A stretch of DNA of 64,000 bases. It comes from an uncultured Desulfosarcina sp. (GTDB lineage Bacteria > Desulfobacterota > Desulfobacteria > Desulfobacterales > Desulfosarcinaceae). The position numbers and the translations under genes were made by a program. A model generated the notes under the pieces. It ran no database searches, had not been told where the DNA came from, and worked only from the letters and a program-made list of their open reading frames with translations. The DNA is taken from contig CAXXWQ010000004.1 in the NCBI GenBank assembly GCA_963674945.2, positions 2,848,001-2,912,000 of the forward strand. The letters run 5' to 3'. The first letter of the stretch is position 1. Every line of letters begins with the position of its first letter. Of this stretch, positions 38,828 to 48,556 are shown piece after piece.

Positions 38828-39685
38828 TTATTCCGTCAAAGCACTCACGAACTCATTTTGGGGAACGTCTCTGCCGGTCCATAACAGAAAGGTGCGCCGG
38901 GCCTGAAAAGCAAGGGCGGACAGCCCATCCATGAATCGGCAATCCGATTTTTCTGCCAATTTCTTCCAGATATTTTTCCGAGCACCATAGTTAAGATCGA
39001 ATACCATCTGACAGCCGTCAACGTTCATGTTGTCGGCAAAGTCAGCCAATTGTTCGGATTCATCCGGGCTGGAAATCGATGTGGCATTGATGACCAGGTC
39101 AACGGGCAGGGAAACGTTTGCCAAAGCCTCCAACCGCATCGGTGAGCCACCGAAATGTTCGGCAAGGCGCAAGGTCTTTTCACGGTCCCGACCGGTAATG
39201 GTGATGGATTGTGCGCGCAGCCAATTGAGGATGAAAACGACGGCTCGCGCAGCCCCGCCGGTTCCGATGACCAAGGCCCGTTTCCCGGCAATCTCGAACT
39301 TGACATCGTTTAAAGCATCCATGATGCCGATGGCGTTTGTGTTGTAGCCTTTCAGCCCGCCATCTTTACAAACGATGGTATTCACGGCACCGATGATGTT
39401 GGCACCTTCGGAGAGCACATCAAGGTATGGAAGAACCTTTTCCTTGAAAGGAGCGGTAATGTTGGCACCGGCAATGTTGAGCACCGAAAGACTCTCCAGC
39501 GCCTTGCCGATGTTGTTTTCCTGAACCATGAACGGGACATAGGCCCCGTTGATGCCTGTTCGATTCAATATCCGGGTAAACAACGATGGTGATCTGGATC
39601 GAAACACCCGCTGATTGCTGATGATACAAAATACCTTTGTCTGAAGCGCGTGTTTCTCTTCCATGAATCGCAATGCCCGTGTCAT
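38828..39685 (-). CDS. aroE: Shikimate dehydrogenase family protein
   Basis: S.SP, GANITAPFKE, GAVNT, GYNT, GTGGAARA, DLNY, DGL; N in place of the usual catalytic D in NTD. Confidence 0.75.
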   Translation of the reverse strand: MTRALRFMEEKHALQTKVFCIISNQRVFRSRSPSLFTRILNRTGINGAYVPFMVQENNIGKALESLSVLNIAGANITAPFKEKVLPYLDVLSEGANIIGAVNTIVCKDGGLKGYNTNAIGIMDALNDVKFEIAGKRALVIGTGGAARAVVFILNWLRAQSITITGRDREKTLRLAEHFGGSPMRLEALANVSLPVDLVINATSISSPDESEQLADFADNMNVDGCQMVFDLNYGARKNIWKKLAEKSDCRFMDGLSALAFQARRTFLLWTGRDVPQNEFVSALTE

Positions 39686-39976
39686 GTAAAATCATGTTGG
39701 AAAAGAAGAAAAGTACGCCCCCGAATCCAGCACATCCGACCCCTGTCTTTTCTGATCCGTGATTGTTGCGGAAAACCCGGCAAAATTGATCCCAGTGGAT
39801 GTGTGGATCCGGAAACGTCCACCCATGGCCAAGGACGCAACCCCTTTTACGTCCTCTGGCCATGGCAATGGGTATCGGGAACATTCAGCGATGGTGGCGG
39901 CCCGAGCGACTGTCGCTTGGACGCGGTCTGGGACACGATATCCATCACCACCGCCGTCGGTTTCTTGGAACCGAAA

Positions 39977-40366
39977 TCACAGGTTCAACAACCCTTTCAG
40001 GCTTTGGGTAATCTCCTCTGCGGATGCAGGCTTGGGAAGATAGTCATCGGCCTCCATGCTCATGCCGTCGTAATGGGAATACCGTGTTGAAGAGACGTGG
40101 GATGCCACTGCGGTGAGCATGATGATAGGAATGTCCGCGAACTTTTGGTCACTTTTCAACTCCTTGCAGACCTCGTACCCATCTTTTTCCGGCATCATGA
40201 CGTCCAAAACAATGGCGTCCGGTGGGTTGGCATGCACCTTTTCCAGGCCCTGAACGCCGTCGTAGGCGATTTCTACTTCGAAACCTTCCTTCTCCAGATT
40301 TCCCTGAACGATGGAGCAGAAATCAGGCTCATCGTCCACAACCAAAATTCTTTTTTTTTCACTCAT
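39977..40366 (-). CDS. Single-domain response regulator
   Basis: ILVVDDE, LDVMMP..DG, MLTA, PKP. Confidence 0.9.
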   Translation of the reverse strand: MSEKKRILVVDDEPDFCSIVQGNLEKEGFEVEIAYDGVQGLEKVHANPPDAIVLDVMMPEKDGYEVCKELKSDQKFADIPIIMLTAVASHVSSTRYSHYDGMSMEADDYLPKPASAEEITQSLKGLLNL

Positions 40367-40494
40367 AACCTATCTCCTTTATTTCAGCTGATTACAGTTA
40401 ACCAGCAGCCTGAGCGAAGCCTCATGACAAAATGCAACGAAGTATCGGTAAGTGACCCCATGGCAAGGGTCTCCAACTGCTCCTTATTTCCGGA

Positions 40495-41436
40495 CTATTC
40501 CACTTGCGGACGCGGCAGCACGTTAGCGCGCTCGGCAATCTCCGGCACCTTGTGTTCCCATTCGATGGCCATGAGGTGAACGCCGGCAACACCTTCCATC
40601 TCCTTGAACTCCTCGATCTGCTCGATGGCGAATTTGATTCCCTCTTCGGCCATCTTTCCTTTTCCGGCACCCTTTAACCGCTCGATGATCTCCTCGGGGA
40701 CATCCATGCCCGGAACATTCTTGGCCATGTACTGGGCCATTCGGGCACTCTTCATGGGGGTGACACCGGCCAGGATGTATGCCCTCTCTGTAAGGCCCAT
40801 GTCGACGGCCTTTTTCATGAAATCACGGAATCGGGGCATGTTGTAGATACACTGCGTCTGGATGAAATCTGCCCCTGCATCGATTTTGTTCGCAAGCCGA
40901 TAGATGCGGAATTCGTAGGGATCGGCAAATGGGTTGGCCGCCGCACCGATAAACATTTTCGGTGGTTCATCGATCTCCTCCTCGTTGAGAAATTTCCCCT
41001 CGTCCCGCATCTTTTTCACCATGGCGATCAGCTGCATGGAGTCGATGTCGTATACGTTTTTCGATTGTGGATGATTACCGAATTTCTGGTGATCTCCGGA
41101 TAGGCAGAGCATATTTTTCACACCGAGTGAATAGACGCCTAATATATCGGCCATCATGGCCAGACGATTTCTGTCCCGACAGACCATCTGAAAGTTCGGT
41201 TCGATGCCGTTTGCGACCATGATGGCGGAAGCCGCCATACTGCACATACGGACGACGGCGGTCTGGTTGTCGGTCACGTTTACCGCATCCACCTTTCCCC
41301 GAAGGTGTTCGAATTTCTCCTTTAAATGCTCGACATTGGCGCCTTTGGGTGGACCGCATTCTCCGGTAAATGCAAAATGGCCCGCTTTGAGTACTTTCTC
41401 CAGATTGCTTCCTGACTTAAGACCGTTATTACTCAT
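40495..41436 (-). CDS. metF: MetF (copy 2)
   Basis: GECGPPKG, NVTDNQ, CRDRNRLA, LSGDH, IQTQ. Confidence 0.9.
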   Translation of the reverse strand: MSNNGLKSGSNLEKVLKAGHFAFTGECGPPKGANVEHLKEKFEHLRGKVDAVNVTDNQTAVVRMCSMAASAIMVANGIEPNFQMVCRDRNRLAMMADILGVYSLGVKNMLCLSGDHQKFGNHPQSKNVYDIDSMQLIAMVKKMRDEGKFLNEEEIDEPPKMFIGAAANPFADPYEFRIYRLANKIDAGADFIQTQCIYNMPRFRDFMKKAVDMGLTERAYILAGVTPMKSARMAQYMAKNVPGMDVPEEIIERLKGAGKGKMAEEGIKFAIEQIEEFKEMEGVAGVHLMAIEWEHKVPEIAERANVLPRPQVE

Positions 41437-42101
41437 TGCACCAACTCCTCTCTTATGCTTTTTCGAGGACCGCCATCTCTCGCCGACTGCCAGTCTTTCG
41501 CCGACCGTATTATTCTAAGGTCGTCCAGACGCCCCTGTTCCATTTTCTTTTTAACGATGGTGTCCCATATACATTCGACGTCCTTGGCGATTTCACATTT
41601 TCCACCGGCACTGCCACCGCATGGGCCATGTTGAAGGCTTTTGGAACAGCGAGCGATGGGACACAGACCATCGTAATAATGGATGATACAGGTTCCGCAG
41701 CCGGCACAACGTTCTTCCCAGATGCCGTGGGTCACTGCGCCGCCGAAAAACTTGGTGTTCACCATGGGAAAAAACTTCTGACCGGGATAGGCCTCGGAGA
41801 GAAACTGAGGACCAACGCCGCAGGCCATGGACAGGACGGCATCATACTGGTCATAGATGTCCCGGATCTGCTCTATGTATTCGGGATCACATTGTCGTTC
41901 AATGGTCTTCTCATCGATAACGATGGGATTGCCTTCTTTCTTTCGGGCTATTTTCAGGGTAGCGGCCAGAATGCCGACCTCTTTGGCACCGCCGACATTG
42001 CAGACGGTCACACACCCTTTACATCCCAACAGAAGAACTTTTTGGTACGCCTTTATCATTTCTATTATCTCTTCTAACGGTTTTCGGTCCGCAACTATCA
42101 T
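41433..42101 (-). CDS. metV: MetV (copy 2)
   Basis: GCKGCVTVC, CAGCGTC, CPIARCSKSL.HGPCGG. Confidence 0.88.
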   Translation of the reverse strand: MIVADRKPLEEIIEMIKAYQKVLLLGCKGCVTVCNVGGAKEVGILAATLKIARKKEGNPIVIDEKTIERQCDPEYIEQIRDIYDQYDAVLSMACGVGPQFLSEAYPGQKFFPMVNTKFFGGAVTHGIWEERCAGCGTCIIHYYDGLCPIARCSKSLQHGPCGGSAGGKCEIAKDVECIWDTIVKKKMEQGRLDDLRIIRSAKDWQSARDGGPRKSIREELVQ

Positions 42102-42154
42102 AATTTCACCTCTTGCGGCTTCCCATGCGGTGTTGCCAGCCGGAAAGACCGTGG

Positions 42155-42568
42155 TTAAGATGTTACCGGAGATGGTCCCAGCGACCTGATTTTTTCGGTC
42201 ATTTCGGTTGCGATTTCCGCAAACCGCGGGCCCTGTGCAGAAGAAAGATTGTACATTTGCACCCGTTCCGGCTCAATGCCCAGCTCTTCGAGGGTTCGCT
42301 GGACGTACTCGACTTTCCTTCTTGTCTTGAGATTTCCTTCCAGGAAATGACACTCACCTTCCAGTCAACCGGCCACGTAAACGCCGTCGGCGCCATTTTC
42401 GAATGCGGTTAATAGATGAAGGATGTCCACCCTGCCGCTGCACGGCACTTGAATCACTTTTACATTGCTTGGGTAATTCAAGCGCATGGAGCCCGCCAGG
42501 TCGGCGGCTGCATAGGCACAATACTTACAACAGTACGCCAGGATCTGGGGTTCAAAGGTATCATTCAT
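42155..42568 (-). CDS. mvhD: MvhD [2Fe-2S] subunit; Sec at TGA 42365-42367 (137 aa)
   Basis: CCKYC, PCSGRV, GADGV.VAG-TGA-LEGECHF.EGN...GIEPERV...GPSP to TAA 42155; SECIS-like hairpin. Confidence 0.9.
42332..42348 (-). promoter_or_regulatory. SECIS-like hairpin (mvhD)
   Basis: ATTTCCT-GGA-AGGAAAT, 16 nt after the UGA. Confidence 0.8.
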
Positions 42569-42761
42569 GGCTTCTCTCCGATAAAAATTGAATTTTCATT
42601 GCTTAGGCGAAGGACTGAAGAGGTAACGACACCGATCACAGTTCAATTCATGTTGCCTTTCAGCCTTTTACCTATCCCCCTTTCTTCTATATACCTGTTA
42701 TCATTGGGCGCCCGGAAGTTCTCAGGCTGCCGGTAATACTGGCGCCCTTTTTCTCAAATGA

Positions 42762-45700
42762 TCAGGCGGCTGCCTCTTTTTTCTTTTGGAAAAGGGCAGC
42801 CGTTTTTGCTATGAGCTGTTCATCGGTAAAATGTTTGAGCTGAATCGCCTTTCCCGGACATTCGGCCACACAGCAGCCACAACCATGACACTCGGCCGGC
42901 TCGATCACGGCGTGACCCTCTTCGCCGATGTAAGGGATGTTGTAAGGACAGGTACGCACACAGGTAACGCAAACGGCGCACTTGTCCGGATCCACCTCCG
43001 CCACGACACCACCGACCATTATCGCTTCTCTGGAGAGGATGGTCATGGCCCTGGAGACCGATGCCCTGGCTTGGGCGATACTTTCTTCAAGGGGTTTGGG
43101 GTAATGAGCCAAACCGGCCATGAAGATGCCCTCGGAACCAAAGTCCACAGGTCTGAGCTTGGCATGGGCTTCCACCAGGAAACCTTCGGCGTTGATGGGC
43201 ACCTTGAAGAGCTCGAAAAGATCTTTGTTCTCATTGGGAAGTATTGCCGTCGCCAGGACAAGTAAATCCGGATTGAGCTCCACCGGCATCTGAAGAACAT
43301 GATCACGAACTTTCAAGGTGAGAGTTCCGTCTTCGGACGCACTCACATCGGGCATGTTGTTTTCCAGATTGTAGCGCATGAAAATAACGCCTTCTTCTCT
43401 GGCTTTTTTGTAGAGATCTTCACGGAAACCGTAAGAGCGGATATCTCGATACAGGACATAAATGTTCGTGTCGGGATTGCTCTCTTTCAGGCGAAGTGCA
43501 CTCTTCAGCGTGTGGGTGCAGCACAGGCGGCTGCAGTACTGCCGCTCGGGGATTCGTGACCCGACACACTGGATAAAGGTGACACATTCGGCCTTGGCAA
43601 TCCGTTCGTCATCTGCCGCCATGGCCGCATCCATATCGAAGTGGGTCAGCACATTTGAATTCTGACCATATAAATACTCGGTGGGTATATACTCCTTTCC
43701 GCCGGTGGCGATGATCGTGGCACCGTGCTCTATAACGGTCTCTGTCAGCGTTTCACCGGAAGTCATCAAAGTAGAGGTAAAATTCCCCATGATACCGGTT
43801 GTTTCGACGGGTTCGGTATTCATGAAGACACGAATGTTCTCGTGGCTGCGCGCCTTGTCGATCAGCGATTCCAGGTAGGGCTTCACCGCCTCGCCCTGCC
43901 AGGTCGCCATAAGATGGTGCGCGACACCACCGAGTTTTTTGCTTCGTTCGACGAGGAAGACCGGAAGACCTTGATCGGCGACCCCGATGGCCGCTTCCAG
44001 CCCGGCAACACCGCCACCCACCACCAGTACTTTCTGTACCACCTCCAAACGGACCTGATGAAGCGGTTCGATGTAGGCGGCCTTGGCCACCGCCATTCGC
44101 ACCAGATCCTTTGCCTTTGCCGTCGCCCGATCCGGGTTGTTCATGTGAACCCATGTGTTCTGATCCCGGATGTTGGCCATCTCGAACAAGTACTTATTCA
44201 GACCCGCGTCGCGAATGGTTTCCTGGAACAGGGGTTCATGGGTACGCGGACTGCAGGATGCCACGATCACCCGGTTGATATTGTTTTCCTTGATCACCTC
44301 TTTCATCTTATCCTGTGTATCCTGGCTGCAGGTAAAGAGGTTGTCTTCCACATGCACAACGTAAGGCAGGGTCCGCGCATACTCTCTCACCGCCGGCACA
44401 TCGGCTACGCCGCCGATGTTGATGCCGCAGTTGCAGACGAAAACGCCGATGCGCGGCTCCTGGCCGGAGAAGTCGATTTCCGGTGGCAGCTCCTTGGTCC
44501 GGATGAGCGTTCCCCGCGCCTTCGCCAGCGGCCCGGTGGCCGTGGATGCCGCGGCCGAGGCTTCCATTACCGACTGCGGGATATCCTTTGGCTCCTGGAA
44601 GGCCCCGCAGACAAACACGCCGGGCCGGCTGGATGAAACCGGTTCGAGGGTTTTGGTTGCGGCATGCAAATGTTCGTTCAGGTCGATCCCTATGGTTTTG
44701 GCCAGGTCGATCGACTCTTTGTTGGGCGCCAGACCCACGGCCAGCACGACCATATCAAAATCTTCTTCCTTTATTTCTCCCTCTTCGGTCACGTATCGCA
44801 AGCGCAGGTTGTCGTCCTTGACCGGATCGATGGTATGCACCTTGGAACGGATGAATCGTACGCCCTTTTCCTCTTTTGTACGAACGTAGTACTTTTCAAA
44901 ATCTTTACCATACGTCCGCATATCCATGAAAAAGACCGCCGTATCCAGTGGTTTTTCACTGTGCTCCTTTGCGATGACTGTCTGTTTGTTGGTGTACATA
45001 CAGCACACCGATGAACAATAACCGTGATCCGAGCAATTGATATCCCGCGAGCCGACACATTGAAGCCATGCAATTTTGTCCGGCTCCTTGTGATCCGAGG
45101 GCCTCACCAGGTGCCCTTCAAAGGGTCCGGAAGCACTGAGAATTCTCTCAAACTCGAGACTGGTCACAACATTGGGGTGACTCGCATAAGAATAGGTCTT
45201 ATGGGCTGTAGGATCAAACGGCGTGAAGCCCGGCGCCAGAATGATGGCGCCCACGTTGATCTCCTTGTGCTCTGCCACCATATCGTGATTCACCGCATTT
45301 GCCAGGCATGCATCCACACACTGGTAGCACTCGCTGCAAAGTCCGCACTTGAGACAACGCTCAGCTTCAGCCTTGGCCTCCTCCTCATTGTAACCGAATG
45401 AAACCTCTAAAAAATTACACTCTCTCGCTTCGGGGTCCAGACAGCGGACGACGGTTCTCTTCTTATTCTCTTCGTCTTCCACATCAGGTCTGACATACTC
45501 CCAGTTTTTCTCGCGTCCTTCCGCAAGATCCTGACCGTTAATGAAGCGATGAATGCTCTCGGCCGCCTCCTTGCCGCAGGCCACTGCATCCACCACCGAT
45601 TTTGGACCGTAGACGGCATCACCACCTGCAAAGACCCAATCGATCGGCGTCTGTAGCGTAACCGGATCCGCCTCCAATCCACCGGGACGGGAAATGGCGA

Positions 45701-47234
45701 TGCCCTGCTCTTTGATACCGGCAAGGTTGGTGCTCTGGCCGATGGCGACGATGACGGTGTCGCCGAAAAAGGGCTGGCACTCCTTCTCATCGTAAGATGG
45801 GTTGAATCGACCGTTTTCATCGAAAACCGCCGTACATGTCTTGAATTCGATTCCGGATACCCGCTGATTCTTGTCGATGAAAAACGATTTGGGACCGAAG
45901 CTGTTGACGATTTTGATTTCGCTCTCCAAAGCCTCTTGGATCTCGTGTTCCCAGGCGGGCATCTCTTCGCGTTTTTCCAGGCAAATGAGGGTAACGTTCT
46001 TTGCCCCTTTGCGCTTTGCGGTGAGGGCAACGTCGATGGCAACATTGCCGCCGCCGACCACGATCACATCCTCGCCCAGATCGAAATCCTTGCCCATGGC
46101 CGCATCGCGCAAAAAGTCGACGCCCTGCAGTACGCCTTCCGTGTCTTCATTTTCCACGCCCAGCTTCCGGCCCCCGTGGAGGCCGATGGCCATGAAACAG
46201 GCATGATAGCCGTCGGTCTTGAGGCTTTCCAGGGTCACGTCCGAACCGAACGTCACGCCACACTTGATCTCACCGCCCATCTGGCGCACCACATTGATCT
46301 CGCCGGCCAGGATATCCCTGGGCAATCGATATTCGGGAATACCGTACCGCATCATACCACCGGGTTCAGGCATTTTTTCGAAGATGGTGACACCATATCC
46401 TTGTTGAAGAAGATAATAAGCCGCCGTAACACCCGCCGGTCCTGATCCGACAATGGCTATTTTCTCTTGTCTCTTCTCTGCCATTATTTCCGGAATGTAG
46501 TACTCTCCGCTTTGTTTTTCGGTATCGGCGAGAAAACGGTGGAGCTCTCGAATGGCCAGCGGTTGATCTACGTCTTTGCGGGTACATTCACCTTCACAGG
46601 GATGATGGCAAACGCGCCCGCAGACACCGGGAAAGGGGTGATCCTGCTTGAAGAGCTTCAGCGCCTCTTTGTAACGCCCGTCGTTGATCAGGGCGATATA
46701 TCCCTGAATACTCACGTGAGCCGGACAGGTCGCTTTACAGGGGGCGGTGCCGCGCTTTTCGATGGCATAGGCCGATGGCATCCCCTGGGGATAGAGCTTG
46801 TAGGCTGCTTTGCGGTCGCGAAGCCCTTCATCGAACAAATTCGGTGTTTCGATGGGGCAAGCCTTGGCGCACTCCCCACAGGCCGTACACTTGTCCATTT
46901 CGATGTAGCGGGCGTTCTGACGCAGCTTGACAGTGAAATTACCCACGTCGCCGCTTACCGCCTCGATCTCGGTCAGCGTCATCAAATCAATGTTCAGGTG
47001 CCGCCCGCACTCCACCAGTTTGGGAGAGATGATGCACATGGAACAGTCGTTGGTGGGAAAGGTTTTGTCCAACTGGGCCATGACGCCGCCGATAGCCGAT
47101 TTCGTCTCTGTCATATGGACGAAATAGCCCGAATCCGCCAGATCCAGGGCCGCCTGTATACCTGCAATACCGCCGCCAACGACCAACACGCTACCGACGA
47201 TATCCTTTTCTTGGGTGTTGTCTTTTTCTGCCAT
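42762..47234 (-). CDS. HdrL-type multidomain protein (HdrA domains plus a GltD/NfnB-like NAD(P)H/FAD insert)
   Basis: 1490 aa; FPTNDCSMC, PCKATCP..CGRVC..PCE..C, GSGPAG, GGGNVA, QCVGSR twice, GVFVCNCG.NI, C-terminal ferredoxin. Confidence 0.9.
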   Translation of the reverse strand: MAEKDNTQEKDIVGSVLVVGGGIAGIQAALDLADSGYFVHMTETKSAIGGVMAQLDKTFPTNDCSMCIISPKLVECGRHLNIDLMTLTEIEAVSGDVGNFTVKLRQNARYIEMDKCTACGECAKACPIETPNLFDEGLRDRKAAYKLYPQGMPSAYAIEKRGTAPCKATCPAHVSIQGYIALINDGRYKEALKLFKQDHPFPGVCGRVCHHPCEGECTRKDVDQPLAIRELHRFLADTEKQSGEYYIPEIMAEKRQEKIAIVGSGPAGVTAAYYLLQQGYGVTIFEKMPEPGGMMRYGIPEYRLPRDILAGEINVVRQMGGEIKCGVTFGSDVTLESLKTDGYHACFMAIGLHGGRKLGVENEDTEGVLQGVDFLRDAAMGKDFDLGEDVIVVGGGNVAIDVALTAKRKGAKNVTLICLEKREEMPAWEHEIQEALESEIKIVNSFGPKSFFIDKNQRVSGIEFKTCTAVFDENGRFNPSYDEKECQPFFGDTVIVAIGQSTNLAGIKEQGIAISRPGGLEADPVTLQTPIDWVFAGGDAVYGPKSVVDAVACGKEAAESIHRFINGQDLAEGREKNWEYVRPDVEDEENKKRTVVRCLDPEARECNFLEVSFGYNEEEAKAEAERCLKCGLCSECYQCVDACLANAVNHDMVAEHKEINVGAIILAPGFTPFDPTAHKTYSYASHPNVVTSLEFERILSASGPFEGHLVRPSDHKEPDKIAWLQCVGSRDINCSDHGYCSSVCCMYTNKQTVIAKEHSEKPLDTAVFFMDMRTYGKDFEKYYVRTKEEKGVRFIRSKVHTIDPVKDDNLRLRYVTEEGEIKEEDFDMVVLAVGLAPNKESIDLAKTIGIDLNEHLHAATKTLEPVSSSRPGVFVCGAFQEPKDIPQSVMEASAAASTATGPLAKARGTLIRTKELPPEIDFSGQEPRIGVFVCNCGINIGGVADVPAVREYARTLPYVVHVEDNLFTCSQDTQDKMKEVIKENNINRVIVASCSPRTHEPLFQETIRDAGLNKYLFEMANIRDQNTWVHMNNPDRATAKAKDLVRMAVAKAAYIEPLHQVRLEVVQKVLVVGGGVAGLEAAIGVADQGLPVFLVERSKKLGGVAHHLMATWQGEAVKPYLESLIDKARSHENIRVFMNTEPVETTGIMGNFTSTLMTSGETLTETVIEHGATIIATGGKEYIPTEYLYGQNSNVLTHFDMDAAMAADDERIAKAECVTFIQCVGSRIPERQYCSRLCCTHTLKSALRLKESNPDTNIYVLYRDIRSYGFREDLYKKAREEGVIFMRYNLENNMPDVSASEDGTLTLKVRDHVLQMPVELNPDLLVLATAILPNENKDLFELFKVPINAEGFLVEAHAKLRPVDFGSEGIFMAGLAHYPKPLEESIAQARASVSRAMTILSREAIMVGGVVAEVDPDKCAVCVTCVRTCPYNIPYIGEEGHAVIEPAECHGCGCCVAECPGKAIQLKHFTDEQLIAKTAALFQKKKEAAA

Positions 47235-47291
47235 TCCCTGTTCCTCACATATTTTTTGTAATCGGGGGGTAATCGTTTCGCCTGCCGGCCA

Positions 47292-48158
47292 TCAGATCAT
47301 ATCCATCAGCTTTTGCAGCTTGTCCTCCCATCCCATTGCGGAAATGAGGACTCCGGCAAAACCGGCCTCTTCCACCGCTGAAATGACTTGTCTTGCGATG
47401 GATAGGCTCTCCGTGACCTTGTCCGGCGCCCGCATGATCCGCTGGATCAGTTCCTGGGAGATATTCATTTTCATATGCCTGGCCAGATAACGGGCCATGC
47501 CGACGGATTTGAGCAGCATGACGGTGGGAACGATGCGGTTTTTTTTCAGGTCCACCTTCTCCATGAAAGGGGCAATGTCATCCATGTCAAAGACAGGGGG
47601 CGCAATAAAGAAATCCACGCCAGCCTCGGCCTTTTGGGCCATACGATCCAGCTCTTTCTCCAATTCATCCATAGCGGCATTCGCATTGACCGTGGCGCCA
47701 ACCAGGAACGATGGGGATCCATTCAGTTCGTTACCGGCCAAATCCTTTCCGGCCTGCAGGGTCGAAACGGCCTTAAATAGCGTCATCAGATCGATATCGT
47801 GGACCGCCTTGGTTTCGTAATGGTCCCCAATACTTGGATCTTCTCCGGAAACCCCCATGATGTTGATGATCCCTGCGCCGTAGGCTGCCAACAGATCCGC
47901 CTGAAGGGCAATTCGGTTACGATCCCGACAATTGATCTGCATCACGGTCTCCAACCCGTTGCTTTGGAGGATCATTGCCCCTCCCAACGCACTCATGCGC
48001 ATGACGGCATTGCCCATCTCCGGCACAAGGAAGGCGTCAACCGTACTTTTTACACGTATTGCGCTGTTGACCATCGCCGAGACGTCAACTCCCTTTGGAG
48101 GCTGCATCTCCGCGAGGATGGTGAATTTGCCGACATCCATTTTGTTTTTTAAATGCAT
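47292..48158 (-). CDS. Divergent MetF-like protein (copy 3)
   Basis: E.QPPKG, CRDRNRIALQ; lacks TDN, GDH and QTQ motifs. Confidence 0.75.
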   Translation of the reverse strand: MHLKNKMDVGKFTILAEMQPPKGVDVSAMVNSAIRVKSTVDAFLVPEMGNAVMRMSALGGAMILQSNGLETVMQINCRDRNRIALQADLLAAYGAGIINIMGVSGEDPSIGDHYETKAVHDIDLMTLFKAVSTLQAGKDLAGNELNGSPSFLVGATVNANAAMDELEKELDRMAQKAEAGVDFFIAPPVFDMDDIAPFMEKVDLKKNRIVPTVMLLKSVGMARYLARHMKMNISQELIQRIMRAPDKVTESLSIARQVISAVEEAGFAGVLISAMGWEDKLQKLMDMI

Positions 48159-48325
48159 AAGCCAATCCCCTTATGGTTGCTGCGGAAAACGAAAGGAAAA
48201 TAGTATATGGAAAGACGAGAGAACGTCGGTTCTGTATCTGAAAAGGCACCGATTACCTTTTCGAAAAAGCATGGCCAGAATCGGTATGATAGCAAAAATT
48301 GATCTCTTCTTTGCCATTATGGGAT

Positions 48326-48341
48326 AGCAATGCCCGTGCCA
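48326..48341 (-). promoter_or_regulatory. sigma54 -24/-12 promoter
   Basis: TGGCACGGGCATTGCT, a consensus match. Confidence 0.85.
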
Positions 48342-48556
48342 TTCCCGCACCGATGCCTGAGCTATCCACTTTAGCCAAATATATCAATTAGATAGAGACA
48401 AACCATCGGCCCGTTTCAAACGATTGGGGAAGTAAAAAATCCATGGACAAGTATGCCAAATTGGCATATAAAAAGAATAAAACCATAGAAAAATAGGGCG
48501 TTGCCCATATCGTCCATTTTGGACTGGTCCAAAATGGCACACCCAGCGGGGCAGAC

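Noticed and set aside
21206..42367. Treating the four TGA-split genes as pseudogenes or as genetic code 4/25
   Set aside because: Many genes here end normally in TGA, the four sites fall at Cys-equivalent positions, and each has a SECIS-like hairpin
42762..47234. Sec in HdrL
   Set aside because: The ORF is uninterrupted and the NDCSMC motif is encoded with Cys codons
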